Source: Candidatus Latescibacterota bacterium (GTDB lineage: Bacteria > Latescibacterota > UBA2968 > SICM01). Taken from it: DNA of 64,000 bases. Where the stretch lies: the NCBI GenBank assembly GCA_965217865.1, contig CBDCJO010000002.1:2336001-2400000 (forward strand). The letters run 5' to 3'. Made by a program: the position numbers and the translations under genes. The notes under the pieces are model-generated. The model worked only from the letters and a program-made list of their open reading frames with translations, searched no databases and had not been told where the DNA came from. Positions 48,714-59,169 of this stretch are shown here, piece after piece. Numbering within the stretch: position 1 is the first letter of the stretch; each line of letters begins with the position of its first letter.

Positions 48714-49699
48714 TTTTCATTTTCCGCTTCGACAGCCTTCATCAGCGCCTTCATGTATCCCAGCGCATGCGCCATGCCTCGATGGCGGAACTGGGTATCC
48801 CCCGCCACACGGGGGCTGTGATCGGGGATCATCACCCCCCCGAACCCCACCTCTTTATAAGCCCGCATGGCTTCGAGCATGTCCACGTCACCCTCATCGA
48901 TGAAAACCTCGTCGAACTTCGGGAACCTTCCTCTGACGTTCCGAAAATGCACGTAGAAGATCTTCTTCAACCCTCCGAAGTATCGAATGGCATCAATCGC
49001 GCGATCCGGGCCCATTTCCGCGACCGTACCCTGACAAAACTCCAGCCCGTTGTTTGGACTCGGGACCGTTTCGACCAACCGCTTCAATCCCTCGTGGCTG
49101 TTCAGAATCCTGGCGGTCCCCCTCAACTCGTCGGAGGGGGGATCGTCCGGATGCATGGCGAGCTTAACCCCGGCCTTTTCCGCCGCCGGAACGATCCTTT
49201 CCAAAAAGGTGGTCAAACGATCCCACATCTCCGCCTTGCTCACAGGACCGGTTTCAACGACCGGTGCATTCTTGACCAGATCGTAGTCGAAACTTTTGAT
49301 CCCCGCCCCACCGCGTCCTCCCCCGCTCTCGTAGGACCGCCAGTGCCCCCAGACCCCCGCGATGCTGAAGTAGTAACCCAAAACCGGAAACCCAGCACGA
49401 CCCATGTTGTCGATCGTCTCACAGACCTTATCGATCTGCTCATCGCGGCCCGGAGTTGCGTGGAGAATCTTGTCCCAATGATCCGCCGGCAGGTTCTCAA
49501 TCCCTCCCACCTCAAGTCCGTAGGCCTCGATGCGCTTCCGGAGCCGCAGCAGTTCCATATACTCGAGGACCCCATCTTCTCCCAGACGAGGCCCCCCTAT
49601 GATGATGTGGGTCACCCCCAGTTGCTTGGCGTAGCGAAGATTCTCGTCCGTCTGATCATTCAAGCCCAAACCGAGACCAAGTTTGAGACCAAGTTTCAT
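48710..49699 (-). CDS. uxuA: Mannonate dehydratase
   Basis: AMHPDDPP, NGLEFCQGT, YVHFRNV, EVFIDEGDVDM, PDH; overlaps the permease start by 4 nt. Confidence 0.85.
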   Translation of the reverse strand: MKLGLKLGLGLGLNDQTDENLRYAKQLGVTHIIIGGPRLGEDGVLEYMELLRLRKRIEAYGLEVGGIENLPADHWDKILHATPGRDEQIDKVCETIDNMGRAGFPVLGYYFSIAGVWGHWRSYESGGGRGGAGIKSFDYDLVKNAPVVETGPVSKAEMWDRLTTFLERIVPAAEKAGVKLAMHPDDPPSDELRGTARILNSHEGLKRLVETVPSPNNGLEFCQGTVAEMGPDRAIDAIRYFGGLKKIFYVHFRNVRGRFPKFDEVFIDEGDVDMLEAMRAYKEVGFGGVMIPDHSPRVAGDTQFRHRGMAHALGYMKALMKAVEAENEK

Positions 49700-49808
49700 G
49701 TTTCACATCCGCAAGTTTTCGAAAAAAGCGTTCGACAGTCTGACTTCCACACGACATTCATCGACTTTGCATTATCCATTTTGCATTTTTCACTTCCTTT
49801 TTCTCTTC

Positions 49809-50621
49809 TCACCATATACTCCATCCGCCATCCACCACGATATCCTGTCCCGTTACGTACTTAGATGCGTCGGAAGCGAGATAAACAACAGCCCCTTTTA
49901 AATCGTCCTCCTCCCCAGTCCGACCAAGCGGCGTCCGGTCATTCCATCGTCGGATAAACTCATCCTTTTTTTCTCCCATTCTTTTGGCCAATCTTGCGAC
50001 GATAAATGCCCCGGGGCTAATGCTGTTCACTCGTACTTGATGACGTCCCCAGGCCGTGGCCAGCCCCCGGGTCATCATCTTCAGCCCCCCCTTAGCGACA
50101 CTGTAAATAACGTTCTCAAGAGGTGGTTCGGGCGGATCCACATAAAGCCTTCCGTCCGTCCCCAGCGAGGCGTTGACGGAGGTGATATTGATGATGCTGC
50201 CCCGTCGTCTTGCGATCATGTGCCGGCCCGAAGTCTGAGCGCAGTAAAAGGCGCCCGTCAGATTCCGGTCAATCCCTTCATGCCAGACCTCCGGGCTTAA
50301 CGTAAGCGTGTCCCCTGGATTCGATCCTCCCGCATTATTGACCAGGATATCGATCTGACCCCACGCCCGGATAACCGCCTCCACCGCTTCCTCCACCTCC
50401 GCCTTGACCCCGACGTCCAGTCGCAGCCCCAGGGTTCTGGCACCTGTCGCCTCTTTCAGCACTTCTGCCTGAGTGCGACAGAGCTCCTCCCGTCGGGAGG
50501 CCAGGGCGACCGCGGCCCCGGCCTCAGCCAGAGCGGTCGCCATCTGAAATCCCAGCCCGGTCGCCCCCCCCGTGACCAGAGCGGTCCTGTCCGAAAGGTC
50601 GAAAAGTTCCCGAACGTCCAC
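49809..50621 (-). CDS. SDR oxidoreductase (gluconate 5-dehydrogenase-like)
   Basis: TGGATGLG, NNAG, YSVAK, VNSISPG, VDGG. Confidence 0.9.
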   Translation of the reverse strand: MDVRELFDLSDRTALVTGGATGLGFQMATALAEAGAAVALASRREELCRTQAEVLKEATGARTLGLRLDVGVKAEVEEAVEAVIRAWGQIDILVNNAGGSNPGDTLTLSPEVWHEGIDRNLTGAFYCAQTSGRHMIARRRGSIINITSVNASLGTDGRLYVDPPEPPLENVIYSVAKGGLKMMTRGLATAWGRHQVRVNSISPGAFIVARLAKRMGEKKDEFIRRWNDRTPLGRTGEEDDLKGAVVYLASDASKYVTGQDIVVDGGWSIW

Positions 50622-50838
50622 GACTCCCCCAACCTCCTCGCTACCATTTTCGGATTTAAGATTGCGAATCTCGGATAATATCTTCGGTGAAACCCTAAAT
50701 CACATGCGAGCCCGCCCGCCTTCAGATCTGGTTCTCTTGAATTTTCAACTTCCGGTCCAGAATCAATCGATTTGTTTCTTTTTTCGTTTTCCGTTCACGA
50801 TTTCACGTTTGACTCTTTTTTCAATCCCAATCTACAAT

Positions 50839-52578
50839 TTATCCATTCGTGTGTCCGCTGTAACGCCGATCCGTGACCATACCCGCCACGCTTTTCAGCG
50901 GGATCCGGTCGAAGTGGTCTCGCAGATCAAGAGGCCAGTCGTTCAGGAATTGGACGTGACCCAATCGGCTCGAAGTGAACCATTCACTCTTTCGGTATAT
51001 ACGGCTCTCTACGTCCCAGTACGCCAGTCCGTCCGCTCCCGCGTCGTAGAGCTCCTGTGCCCTTTTCAGATAGACATATCCCGGCATTCGCCTCGGATAT
51101 ACATCGGAGTAGAGCTTGACCCCCGCCGTACGGGCAGCAGGTTTCAGTTCCTCCAATACGCGCTCCACGCTCTGGTCCTCGTCCGGAAACGGAAGCTCAT
51201 GGTAGTTGGTGGGATGGATGATGAGAAAATCGACAAGCCCTTCCCGCATCCACGTCTCTACATCGATTCCGAAATAGAGACGGCTCCGGGTCGTACCCAT
51301 AACCATGTGCCCGATCCCGATTCGACGTCCCTGCCCTCCGCCAACCTCGTCCATCTCTTTCCGGAGTTCACGCATCAGCTTCGTCAGGTATCCGGCCTTG
51401 TGTCTGCACCACGTCTCGTCATAAGGGTTAAGCTTGGCGCGATCCACCTTGTTCTTTCCCCGGTACTTTTCCCAGACCTCGAACAGGACCCACGGGTGCG
51501 ACCGGTTGAACATGATGGAGACCCCATCTGCCCCCGCCTCGGCCTGTTCCCGCAGGACACGGATCAATCTCTTGCGAACCTTCGGAAAGGCGAAACTCAA
51601 GTGTGGAATTGCCTGACCCTCCTGCGTGATGCAGCGAAGCTCCGGGTGCTTCCGGAAAAAAGGCCCCTCTCCGGTCAGATGATTGGGGGGCGGATGCGGG
51701 CCGGCCGGCCGATTGGTTGCATAGAACTTCAAACCATGTTCGTGGGTGCGGTCGATATAGACTCGGAGCATATCCAGCCCTTTCCTCCGCATCTCGGCCA
51801 GAACACCGGCCTGCATCGCGTAACCCTGATGATAAATCCCCCTCTTGACGCTCCGCATCTCCCCCACCTTGCTCGGATAATAGGTGATGTCGTATCGGGC
51901 CATTGTGCAGAGCACAATATCCACATCCGTACCCGCCAAAGGATCGATATCCTCCCACAGGTCCTCCTTGGATTGCGGCCACCAGGCCCCTGCCGAGGCC
52001 CCGTCGGTCACGGCGATCAGACGTTTTGTCTCCTCCGTCGGTGCCAAACTTTGAAGCCGGTCCAGGTCCTCCTTGGACAAGGGGACAAGCTTCACGTACG
52101 CAAGGCTTGAACAGCCCTCCTTCCCCGCGCTGCCTTTGGGATTCGGACGGGAGATGGTCAGATCTTTATCGGTCAGATCCACTGCTCGCCATAAGGTTTC
52201 CGCCAGCAAGCTGAAATTGATGTTCTGTTCCGAGTGGTTTCCGTCCTTCGGGCTGGTCGTTTCAGCCCGGACCCGGTCGAATGACTCATCTCCGGTCAGT
52301 TTCAGCCGAACGGTGTGTCCATTCGGGTCATCCGCATAGTAGAAGCCCAGGTAAACCGCGTGCCAGCCCGAAACCCCGAGCCTCAACGTCACTGGCGGGG
52401 GCTCAACCTGTGTGTTCGCATACAGGAGCTTTCCTTTTAGCTGTGTTCCTTTGTGATCTTGCGTCTCGTAATCCCACACCGACCAGCACCCCTTCCCGGC
52501 TTCAGGAGAAAGGGCGGACTTCGGCTCGCAGACGCTCAGGTCGGTCAGATAAATCGGTTTGGACTCTCCACGCTTCAT
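50839..52578 (-). CDS. GH10-like/DUF187 TIM-barrel putative glycoside hydrolase
   Basis: YYPSKVG, HEHGLKFYA, FFRKHPE, LSFAFPKVR, GADG; has an extra N-terminal domain. Confidence 0.65.
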   Translation of the reverse strand: MKRGESKPIYLTDLSVCEPKSALSPEAGKGCWSVWDYETQDHKGTQLKGKLLYANTQVEPPPVTLRLGVSGWHAVYLGFYYADDPNGHTVRLKLTGDESFDRVRAETTSPKDGNHSEQNINFSLLAETLWRAVDLTDKDLTISRPNPKGSAGKEGCSSLAYVKLVPLSKEDLDRLQSLAPTEETKRLIAVTDGASAGAWWPQSKEDLWEDIDPLAGTDVDIVLCTMARYDITYYPSKVGEMRSVKRGIYHQGYAMQAGVLAEMRRKGLDMLRVYIDRTHEHGLKFYATNRPAGPHPPPNHLTGEGPFFRKHPELRCITQEGQAIPHLSFAFPKVRKRLIRVLREQAEAGADGVSIMFNRSHPWVLFEVWEKYRGKNKVDRAKLNPYDETWCRHKAGYLTKLMRELRKEMDEVGGGQGRRIGIGHMVMGTTRSRLYFGIDVETWMREGLVDFLIIHPTNYHELPFPDEDQSVERVLEELKPAARTAGVKLYSDVYPRRMPGYVYLKRAQELYDAGADGLAYWDVESRIYRKSEWFTSSRLGHVQFLNDWPLDLRDHFDRIPLKSVAGMVTDRRYSGHTNG

Positions 52579-52579
52579 A

Positions 52580-53032
52580 TCATTTTCCTCCCGGGGGTTG
52601 GAAAAGCTCCATCGTAATTCCGTCAGGATCTTCAAAGTAAATCCCCCACCCCCCCCTGTTTCTACCCTCTGTGATCTCGACCGGCAGTGAACGGAACTTC
52701 ACCCCCTGTTTATTCATCTCTTCATAAACCGATGGAAGATCGTGGACAAAAAATGCGATATGTGAACTGCCCGTGTTCTGGGTCCTGACGTCGGCTGAAG
52801 CACCGTACGGTTCTATGTATTCGATCAGTTCCAGGACGTGATCCGATCCGGAGATGCCCAAATGCGCCGCCTTCACATAACAATCGGAATGACCCACGAT
52901 ATCACGGAAGTATTGACTCTTGATCTCTCGTTGCCACAGTATCTCGAACCCGAGCAAGCCGGAATAGAAGTTCAAAGATCTCTCAAGATTGGAAACGGTA
53001 TAGCTCGTATGATGTGCGCCGGTTATCTTCAT
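52580..53032 (-). CDS. VOC (glyoxalase) family protein
   Basis: HHTSYTVSNLERSLNFY, LELIEY, HIAF, YFEDPDGITMELFQ. Confidence 0.9.
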   Translation of the reverse strand: MKITGAHHTSYTVSNLERSLNFYSGLLGFEILWQREIKSQYFRDIVGHSDCYVKAAHLGISGSDHVLELIEYIEPYGASADVRTQNTGSSHIAFFVHDLPSVYEEMNKQGVKFRSLPVEITEGRNRGGWGIYFEDPDGITMELFQPPGGK

Positions 53033-53039
53033 GGTCCAC

Positions 53040-53795
53040 TCAAAAATACTGGTAGGCACCCCAACCCCCGTCCACGCAGAGTGTCTCCCCTACCACGAAG
53101 GACGCCTCATCGCTTGCGAGGTATATAACGGCTTCGGCAATCTCCTCCACCGTTCCCAACCGCCGCATGGGCGTGCGTTTCTTGTACGCTCCCAGCGAAG
53201 CAGTTCCTTCATCAAGCCCCTTCCGCACCAGATCGGTCATAACCACGCCGGGGGCGATCCCCACGACCCTAACTCCCCTCCCTGCCCATTCAATCCCCAG
53301 GGCTTGCGTGAGCATGATCAGACCGGCCTTGGCCGTGCTGTATGCGACTCTGCCCTCAATGGCATGAAACCCATTGACGATGACCCCATGTTCCTGCGCC
53401 AGCATTTGCACTCCAGCGGCTTGCGAGCAATAGAACGCCCCGGAAAGCATAACGGCGATGCTTTGATCCCATGCCTCCACAGTAAGAGTTTCGGAGCTGC
53501 CTTTGTGTGCAACCCCTGCGTTATTGACCCACACGTCGATCTGCCCGCGATCCTTCGCCAGCTTCTTCACCAGGGCCTTGCTCTGTCGGGAATCACGTAC
53601 GTCCAGCGGTTCAAAAGAGACCGACAGATCGTCCCGTCTTAGGGATTCTGCCGACGATCGTCCCAGTTCGATGTTTATCTCCGCGATCACTGCGTGTGCC
53701 CCTGCAGCGGCAAACCCCCTGACCATATCAAGCCCAAGTCCCCTCCCCGAACCGGTGACGACCACCGTCTTGCCCTCGAAGTCCATCTTACTCAT
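53040..53795 (-). CDS. SDR oxidoreductase, probably missing the catalytic-Ser strand
   Basis: [17 protein letters not shown]; IVN is followed directly by GFH, without IAS. Confidence 0.85.
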   Translation of the reverse strand: MSKMDFEGKTVVVTGSGRGLGLDMVRGFAAAGAHAVIAEINIELGRSSAESLRRDDLSVSFEPLDVRDSRQSKALVKKLAKDRGQIDVWVNNAGVAHKGSSETLTVEAWDQSIAVMLSGAFYCSQAAGVQMLAQEHGVIVNGFHAIEGRVAYSTAKAGLIMLTQALGIEWAGRGVRVVGIAPGVVMTDLVRKGLDEGTASLGAYKKRTPMRRLGTVEEIAEAVIYLASDEASFVVGETLCVDGGWGAYQYF

Positions 53796-54588
53796 TCACC
53801 CTATCCTCGGGGAAGCCCACGGCATTCAGGTTGCCCCATGGCACCCAACCGCCATCCACCCGGAGGTTTTCACCCGTCACATAGCTGGACCGTTCCGAAG
53901 CAAGGAACAGCACCGCGTCCGCGATTTCCTGTACCTCGGCGATCCTTCCGATAGGTGTCCGCTTCGAATACATCTCAAGATTGGCCTGGCCTTGGCCGAT
54001 GGCCACTTCAACCATCTCCGTGCGCGTCACGCCTGGGGATACAGAATTGACCCGAATGTTGTACTGGGCCCATTCCGTGGCCAGTACCTGGGTCAGGGCG
54101 ATCACGCCCGCCTTGGCGGCGTTGTATGCCGAGCGCATCGGCCATCCCCCCATCCCGCCGATCGAAGCGATATTGACGATGGTTCCCCGGCGTTGGGGGA
54201 TCATCGCCCCCCGGGCGACCGCCTGGGTCATCAGGAAGGCGCCATTGAGCATTACATCGATCTGGGTGCGCCAATCCTCCTCGGGCATATCTTCAGACTT
54301 GTGAAGGATGAAGAGCCCCGCGTTGTTCACGAGTATATCGATGCGTCCGTAATCGACCATAACCTTTTCGATGAGGTCTCTGCACGAGCTGGATTGGGTC
54401 ACATCCAGGAAAAGAGCCTCCGCGTCCCAACCTCTAGCCTTGAGTTTCTCGGCCGCATCCCGGCCGCGCGCTTCGACTATCTCTCCGATAATCACCCGCG
54501 CACCCTGTCGGCCAAAGGTATCTGCGATGCCAAAGCCGATGCCGCGACCCGCGCCAGTGACGATAGCGACCCGATCATTGAGAAGCAT
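53788..54588 (-). CDS. SDR oxidoreductase
   Basis: [23 protein letters not shown]. Confidence 0.92.
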   Translation of the reverse strand: MLLNDRVAIVTGAGRGIGFGIADTFGRQGARVIIGEIVEARGRDAAEKLKARGWDAEALFLDVTQSSSCRDLIEKVMVDYGRIDILVNNAGLFILHKSEDMPEEDWRTQIDVMLNGAFLMTQAVARGAMIPQRRGTIVNIASIGGMGGWPMRSAYNAAKAGVIALTQVLATEWAQYNIRVNSVSPGVTRTEMVEVAIGQGQANLEMYSKRTPIGRIAEVQEIADAVLFLASERSSYVTGENLRVDGGWVPWGNLNAVGFPEDRVNE

Positions 54589-54707
54589 AAAAAAAGATTC
54601 TACCGGGAAAATTTCCTGAGGATGGACTTGTGGTATGGCAGCGGTGGAAATATTGGAAAAGGACGGGATTTGGAACACACCGTGTTTGGGTGGTCAGCGT
54701 AGGAGGA

Positions 54708-55328
54708 TCAACCATTCCCTGCCAGGATCGGATGGATCGGGTGATCCCAGGGTTTGCCCACCTCCATCTCATCCTTCGCCCCTGCGGCGTCTTTCCCACC
54801 GAGAAAGATCGTATAATCCGGGATGTAGATGATCGCGAGTGCCCGCCGGAATCGATCCGATCGGTTGGGTGTGTGCAGGCATCCGTTGTTCAGGTCCACG
54901 TCATCCAAAGCGATCCATGCCGACAATGATCCAACCGGGTCCATCGGCCAGTAGGGGGCGTCCTGGTGCCAGTTCGTCTCCAGGCTCGTCTCCCCCGGAG
55001 GCTTGATCAGGGCGTGATCGTGATAGAGCCTAACGTGCCTGGCCCCGGAAAGCCGCCGGGCGGATTCGGCCAATCCGGGATGGAAGGTATAGGCCTTCAC
55101 CGCGGGATAGTCTGTCCAGAGGTTGACCAGCTGGTTGAACACACGGTTGTAGTCCTCGGACATCTGACCCTTCCCGCCCAGGATCCGCTCACGGTTATGT
55201 TCCACCGAATGGTCAAGCGCATCCCGGAGGTGGCCAACCTCGTCCCTCGAGAAGAAATCCTTGAACTGAACGTAACCGTTCTCTTTGTAGAACCGTCTAT
55301 GTTCTTCAGTAACCGGACATCTGCCCAT
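54708..55328 (-). pseudogene. PhyH (phytanoyl-CoA dioxygenase) family protein with internal deletion
   Basis: WHQD and WIALDD...NGCLH are followed directly by TPNRSDRFRR. The usual PGSH segment and distal His region are absent. Confidence 0.7.
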
Positions 55329-55434
55329 CTAAGACCAATTCATCGAACATTGAATATCGGAAAATTGAATATTTGAACAACTCAGGACTATCTTTGTTCT
55401 TCAATATTTAATCTCCAATTTCCTCTGACCCCTG

Positions 55435-56229
55435 CTACTGCTTAGACAGGATTTCCCGCATCCCTCCCCCATTCTCCTTGAACCATTCGAAGAGAATCTT
55501 TACGTCGGAGCCGATGCAGAAGTGCCGGACCCCCATATCGGTATAATACTTTGCCTGTTCAGGGTGGTTGATTTCAGCGCGGGGCGCAACCCCCAGCTTC
55601 AGGGACGTCTCAATCACGTAACGTTCCGCCTCTTTCACTTTGGCATGCTTGGTCTGCCCCGGTATCCCAAGGCTCATCGCATAGTCACTGGGACCGAACT
55701 GAACCATATCCAGTCCTTTCACGGAGAGGATCGCCTCCAGGTTCTCCACCGCCGCGGACTTCTCGATCATGATCGCCACCACAGCGTCTTCCAATGCCTG
55801 CACAAAAGCCTCCGAACCCCCCTCCAGCACGATGCCCACGTCACGCCGCCCCCCCGCTCCGTGCATCCCCCCGGTCTGAGGGGTCTCCGCGCGGACTGAA
55901 CGCACGCACTCCTGAACGTCCTCAACCGTGCGGGAATCTGCAAAAAGGAGATTCTGGATCCCCGAGCCGATCGCCCTAACCGCCAGATAGGTGCGGGGCT
56001 GCTGTTCGATCTTCATCATCGCCGACATGTGATCGAACAGCTCCACCGCCCGCCCCAGATTTTCCAGAGCGTACAGGTCATAAGGGGCATATTCGGCAAC
56101 AAACTCCACATAGTCGAACGCGCCGGAGTGCCCCACCAGCTCTACGATGGACGGCCAGGAAGTTAAAAGGTGGGTCCCCAGGCTTGGATCACCCGCCTTC
56201 AGGCATTCACGAAGTCGGTTTTTTCGCAT
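55435..56229 (-). CDS. HpcH/HpaI aldolase-family protein
   Basis: FDYVEFVAEY, IMIEK, QFGPSDY. Confidence 0.85.
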   Translation of the reverse strand: MRKNRLRECLKAGDPSLGTHLLTSWPSIVELVGHSGAFDYVEFVAEYAPYDLYALENLGRAVELFDHMSAMMKIEQQPRTYLAVRAIGSGIQNLLFADSRTVEDVQECVRSVRAETPQTGGMHGAGGRRDVGIVLEGGSEAFVQALEDAVVAIMIEKSAAVENLEAILSVKGLDMVQFGPSDYAMSLGIPGQTKHAKVKEAERYVIETSLKLGVAPRAEINHPEQAKYYTDMGVRHFCIGSDVKILFEWFKENGGGMREILSKQ

Positions 56230-56369
56230 ATCGATATTCCCTCTTGATTAATCGGTATCAAGCAACTACGAACTTTCTTGTGGCCATATGGATCTCTTCG
56301 ATCTTCAATTTTCCCAGGACTCCGACCTCTGATCCATGACTTTTGCCTTTTCCATTTTCCCAACCCTTC

Positions 56370-59042
56370 TCACGCCTTCTCATACCCCTTTGGCACGCCG
56401 AGGCTCTTTTCATAAAAGGTCTCTTCCACCGGAGGTGGAGGCTGAATCGCAGCCTTTAACCGCTGCTCAGCCTCGGTAAAGCTCCCCGGATCCCTGTCCA
56501 CTGCCCGCGCGGCCGCGGCCTTGAGTATGGATATGTAACCGTTCCGGATTCCCGAGAAGATGGAGGAATTTCGGAACTCGACAATGCTTAAGGCATGCTC
56601 GCGATAGTCTATGACCGCCTTCAGACACATCGCCGCGTAGATCGGGTCTCCCGTCAGTTCGTACGCCAGGGCGCAGGCCGTGGTCACGTGGCTTCCGCTA
56701 CCCCGGGTGATGACGTGATCCGCCTCGGCGATGATCGTCTCCCTCAGCAACCTGTTGTTGAAGTGGCGAAGGCCCTCGTAATACAGCGGATAAACGATGC
56801 CGGCGTGGGAAAGGGGGGTCTCAGCAGGTTCGATAACGGCTTCATCCCCCCGGTCTCCCCGCGTAAAGACACTGTGTGGAAAAATTCCCACCTCCTCTTG
56901 GGTTCTCAAGAGCCAGTTGAGGCTCCTCCGTGCAAGGTCGCCGTATTTCGGCTTCCACGTCGCGGCATAGGCCTCCATCAGGCAGTTCAGCGGACCGGTG
57001 AACTCCCGGTTCCCCCGCCCGTTCCTGCAGGTGATGATTCCCGCAGGCTCTTGCGTGTTCACCGCCCAGTCCGCCATCTCCAACGCTATTTCATACATCC
57101 TTCGGTTGCCCGTGAAATAGTAGTGCAGAAAGATCGATGTGTTCAGGGTGTGCGAAGGGCTGTAACCGCCCGTCCACTGGTGGGCGTTGTGATAGTGCAT
57201 CAGGCCCGCGGCATCCTTCGCCGGGTTCGCGTGACACGTACCCACATCCCCCATTGCCTGGCTGTGGCCGCTCGCGGCAAGGAAAAAGTCCCGCCTTCCG
57301 GTCCGCATAAATTGGGTCCAGATCCCCCAGCACGGGTCATCCGCCTCGTTGTTGTAAGGACCCACGTGCCGAAGCCCCTTCACAGGGTCCGTCTCATAGT
57401 GAAGTTCGTAGGCCAGCCCTGATCCGGCCGTATGAGAGCAGCACATGTTGCCGAAACGCCAGAATCCCCACTGCCGTCCAAGGTGCATCGGTTCGATGGC
57501 GATCTTCTCGACAATCCCGTCCATAAGGCGGTCGATCTCCTCGAACCGGGTATCCGGGCCGCCGGAAAGGTCCCTTGCCGCCCGCGTGGAACACATATAC
57601 GCCGGGTCCGGTGGCGCGATAACGGGCTCCTGAACGCATATCCCGAGCGACTCCGCCTCCTCATCCCCGATCGGGTCTATGGAAAATCGAAGGAGTAATT
57701 CGTGCGTCTTGGCCGCGCCCGTACCGTCGTTCGTGCCCGTGTCGTTGTGAGACGCCGTGCGGTCCGGTGCATACTTGTCCACCATCTCTTCCACCCACCG
57801 CACGTCCTCAATCGTCGAGACCGCAAAGCTCTTCAAGTTGAGTGGCGCAGTGGGACGTGCATCGATCAGCGCCTTGACGGTCGCCTCGTCGCGAGACTCG
57901 GCCCGGGCCGCCGGTTCGCCGAACTGACCGCTGAAGTAGACGGGGCGCTCTTTCCACGGCGTATGAAAAATCATCGGCTCCCCATACTCCCCTGGCCACA
58001 GCTGAACGTCGAGACCTTCTTTCGTCAGGCGATACCCCTTTGGATACTGCTGCCAGAAATCTCGCACCGAAACGAAGACGGACGCATCGCTCCCGGAAAG
58101 CGTTACCCAGCCCCGGGTCTTCTCTCCGGACCCGAAAGGCTCGTCGTCACGCGTCACCCGATACGACTCATCCGAATCTTGAAGGAAATTGGCCTCCTCC
58201 CAGCGAGATGCCCAGTGCGCCTGATCCTCACCCCCAAAGCTCATCCGAAGATTGGTCCCGAGATCCAGAGGAAACCGCATCCCGACCTCCGAAAATTCCA
58301 GGAGATTCGGGTCCTGATCGAACACAAAGGTTTGGAACATCCGGAGGTCGGTCTTGCCCGCGTAAAGATGAAAACGAAGCGTATAAGGGCAAATGCGCAC
58401 TCCCCCTCCGGAGGCGTGATACCCTTTCACACACACGCATACACGCAACGGACCCTCGTCCTCAACCGTTACCCGGGGAGCCGGTCCCGCGGTGAACGAA
58501 TCGTAGATCTCGCCCTCCGTTGTCACCATATAGAGAAACGGGCCCGGTTTTCCTCTGAACACATCGTGCCAATCGTCCCCATTCTTCAGCCAGCACCCGG
58601 ACAGGAAATTCCTTGCGCGCTGAAACGAGGCCACCGGAGGCTGTCCATCGGACGAAGGAAGGCGGAAATCCAATCGCATCAAACCTGTGTCAACACGAAG
58701 CCGACCTTCTTCCCGACTCACCGAAACCCCTTGCTTGGGACGCATCGCCCTTACACCCGAACCGTACTCCAGGAAGAACGTCTCGGTCGAGTCCGTCCCC
58801 AGGTCCGCCTGAAAGTCCGCCAGCAGCCACTTAACATACCTCAGGTCCTTTTTCCAGGTGCCCAGGCAGGATGCCTGAACGGGCAGCCTCTTACCGGAGC
58901 TGTCAACCACACGAACTTTCGCCCCCCTCCTCAGTTCCCTGTCGGCAAAAGGCACCCCCTGGGTGATCGGCCACGCCTTCCTTTCCGGTCCACCCGTATT
59001 CTCAACCGTGAGCGGTATGCGCTTGATCCCTTTCGACGTCAT
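56370..59042 (-). CDS. YetA/PcRGLX-related 890-aa protein (paralog of 38395..41067)
   Basis: Same motifs, including NMCCSH, YNNEADD and HYHNAHQW. Confidence 0.8.
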   Translation of the reverse strand: MTSKGIKRIPLTVENTGGPERKAWPITQGVPFADRELRRGAKVRVVDSSGKRLPVQASCLGTWKKDLRYVKWLLADFQADLGTDSTETFFLEYGSGVRAMRPKQGVSVSREEGRLRVDTGLMRLDFRLPSSDGQPPVASFQRARNFLSGCWLKNGDDWHDVFRGKPGPFLYMVTTEGEIYDSFTAGPAPRVTVEDEGPLRVCVCVKGYHASGGGVRICPYTLRFHLYAGKTDLRMFQTFVFDQDPNLLEFSEVGMRFPLDLGTNLRMSFGGEDQAHWASRWEEANFLQDSDESYRVTRDDEPFGSGEKTRGWVTLSGSDASVFVSVRDFWQQYPKGYRLTKEGLDVQLWPGEYGEPMIFHTPWKERPVYFSGQFGEPAARAESRDEATVKALIDARPTAPLNLKSFAVSTIEDVRWVEEMVDKYAPDRTASHNDTGTNDGTGAAKTHELLLRFSIDPIGDEEAESLGICVQEPVIAPPDPAYMCSTRAARDLSGGPDTRFEEIDRLMDGIVEKIAIEPMHLGRQWGFWRFGNMCCSHTAGSGLAYELHYETDPVKGLRHVGPYNNEADDPCWGIWTQFMRTGRRDFFLAASGHSQAMGDVGTCHANPAKDAAGLMHYHNAHQWTGGYSPSHTLNTSIFLHYYFTGNRRMYEIALEMADWAVNTQEPAGIITCRNGRGNREFTGPLNCLMEAYAATWKPKYGDLARRSLNWLLRTQEEVGIFPHSVFTRGDRGDEAVIEPAETPLSHAGIVYPLYYEGLRHFNNRLLRETIIAEADHVITRGSGSHVTTACALAYELTGDPIYAAMCLKAVIDYREHALSIVEFRNSSIFSGIRNGYISILKAAAARAVDRDPGSFTEAEQRLKAAIQPPPPVEETFYEKSLGVPKGYEKA

Positions 59043-59169
59043 CTGTATCTCCGAATTCGTAGTTCTTCTTTTGGAAATCGCTTTGTGATTTCATATAAAT
59101 CAATCGCAATTTCCTTTCTCAATTTCTTGGCTCCACTTTTCTCCCCAACCCATTTTTACGAGATGCGAT

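Noticed and set aside
50572-52110. Long + strand ORFs (512 aa here; also 57702..59198, 48626..49864, 27263..28543, 53503..54702)
   Set aside because: These are antisense shadows of well-supported minus-strand genes in GC-rich DNA and carry no family motifs.
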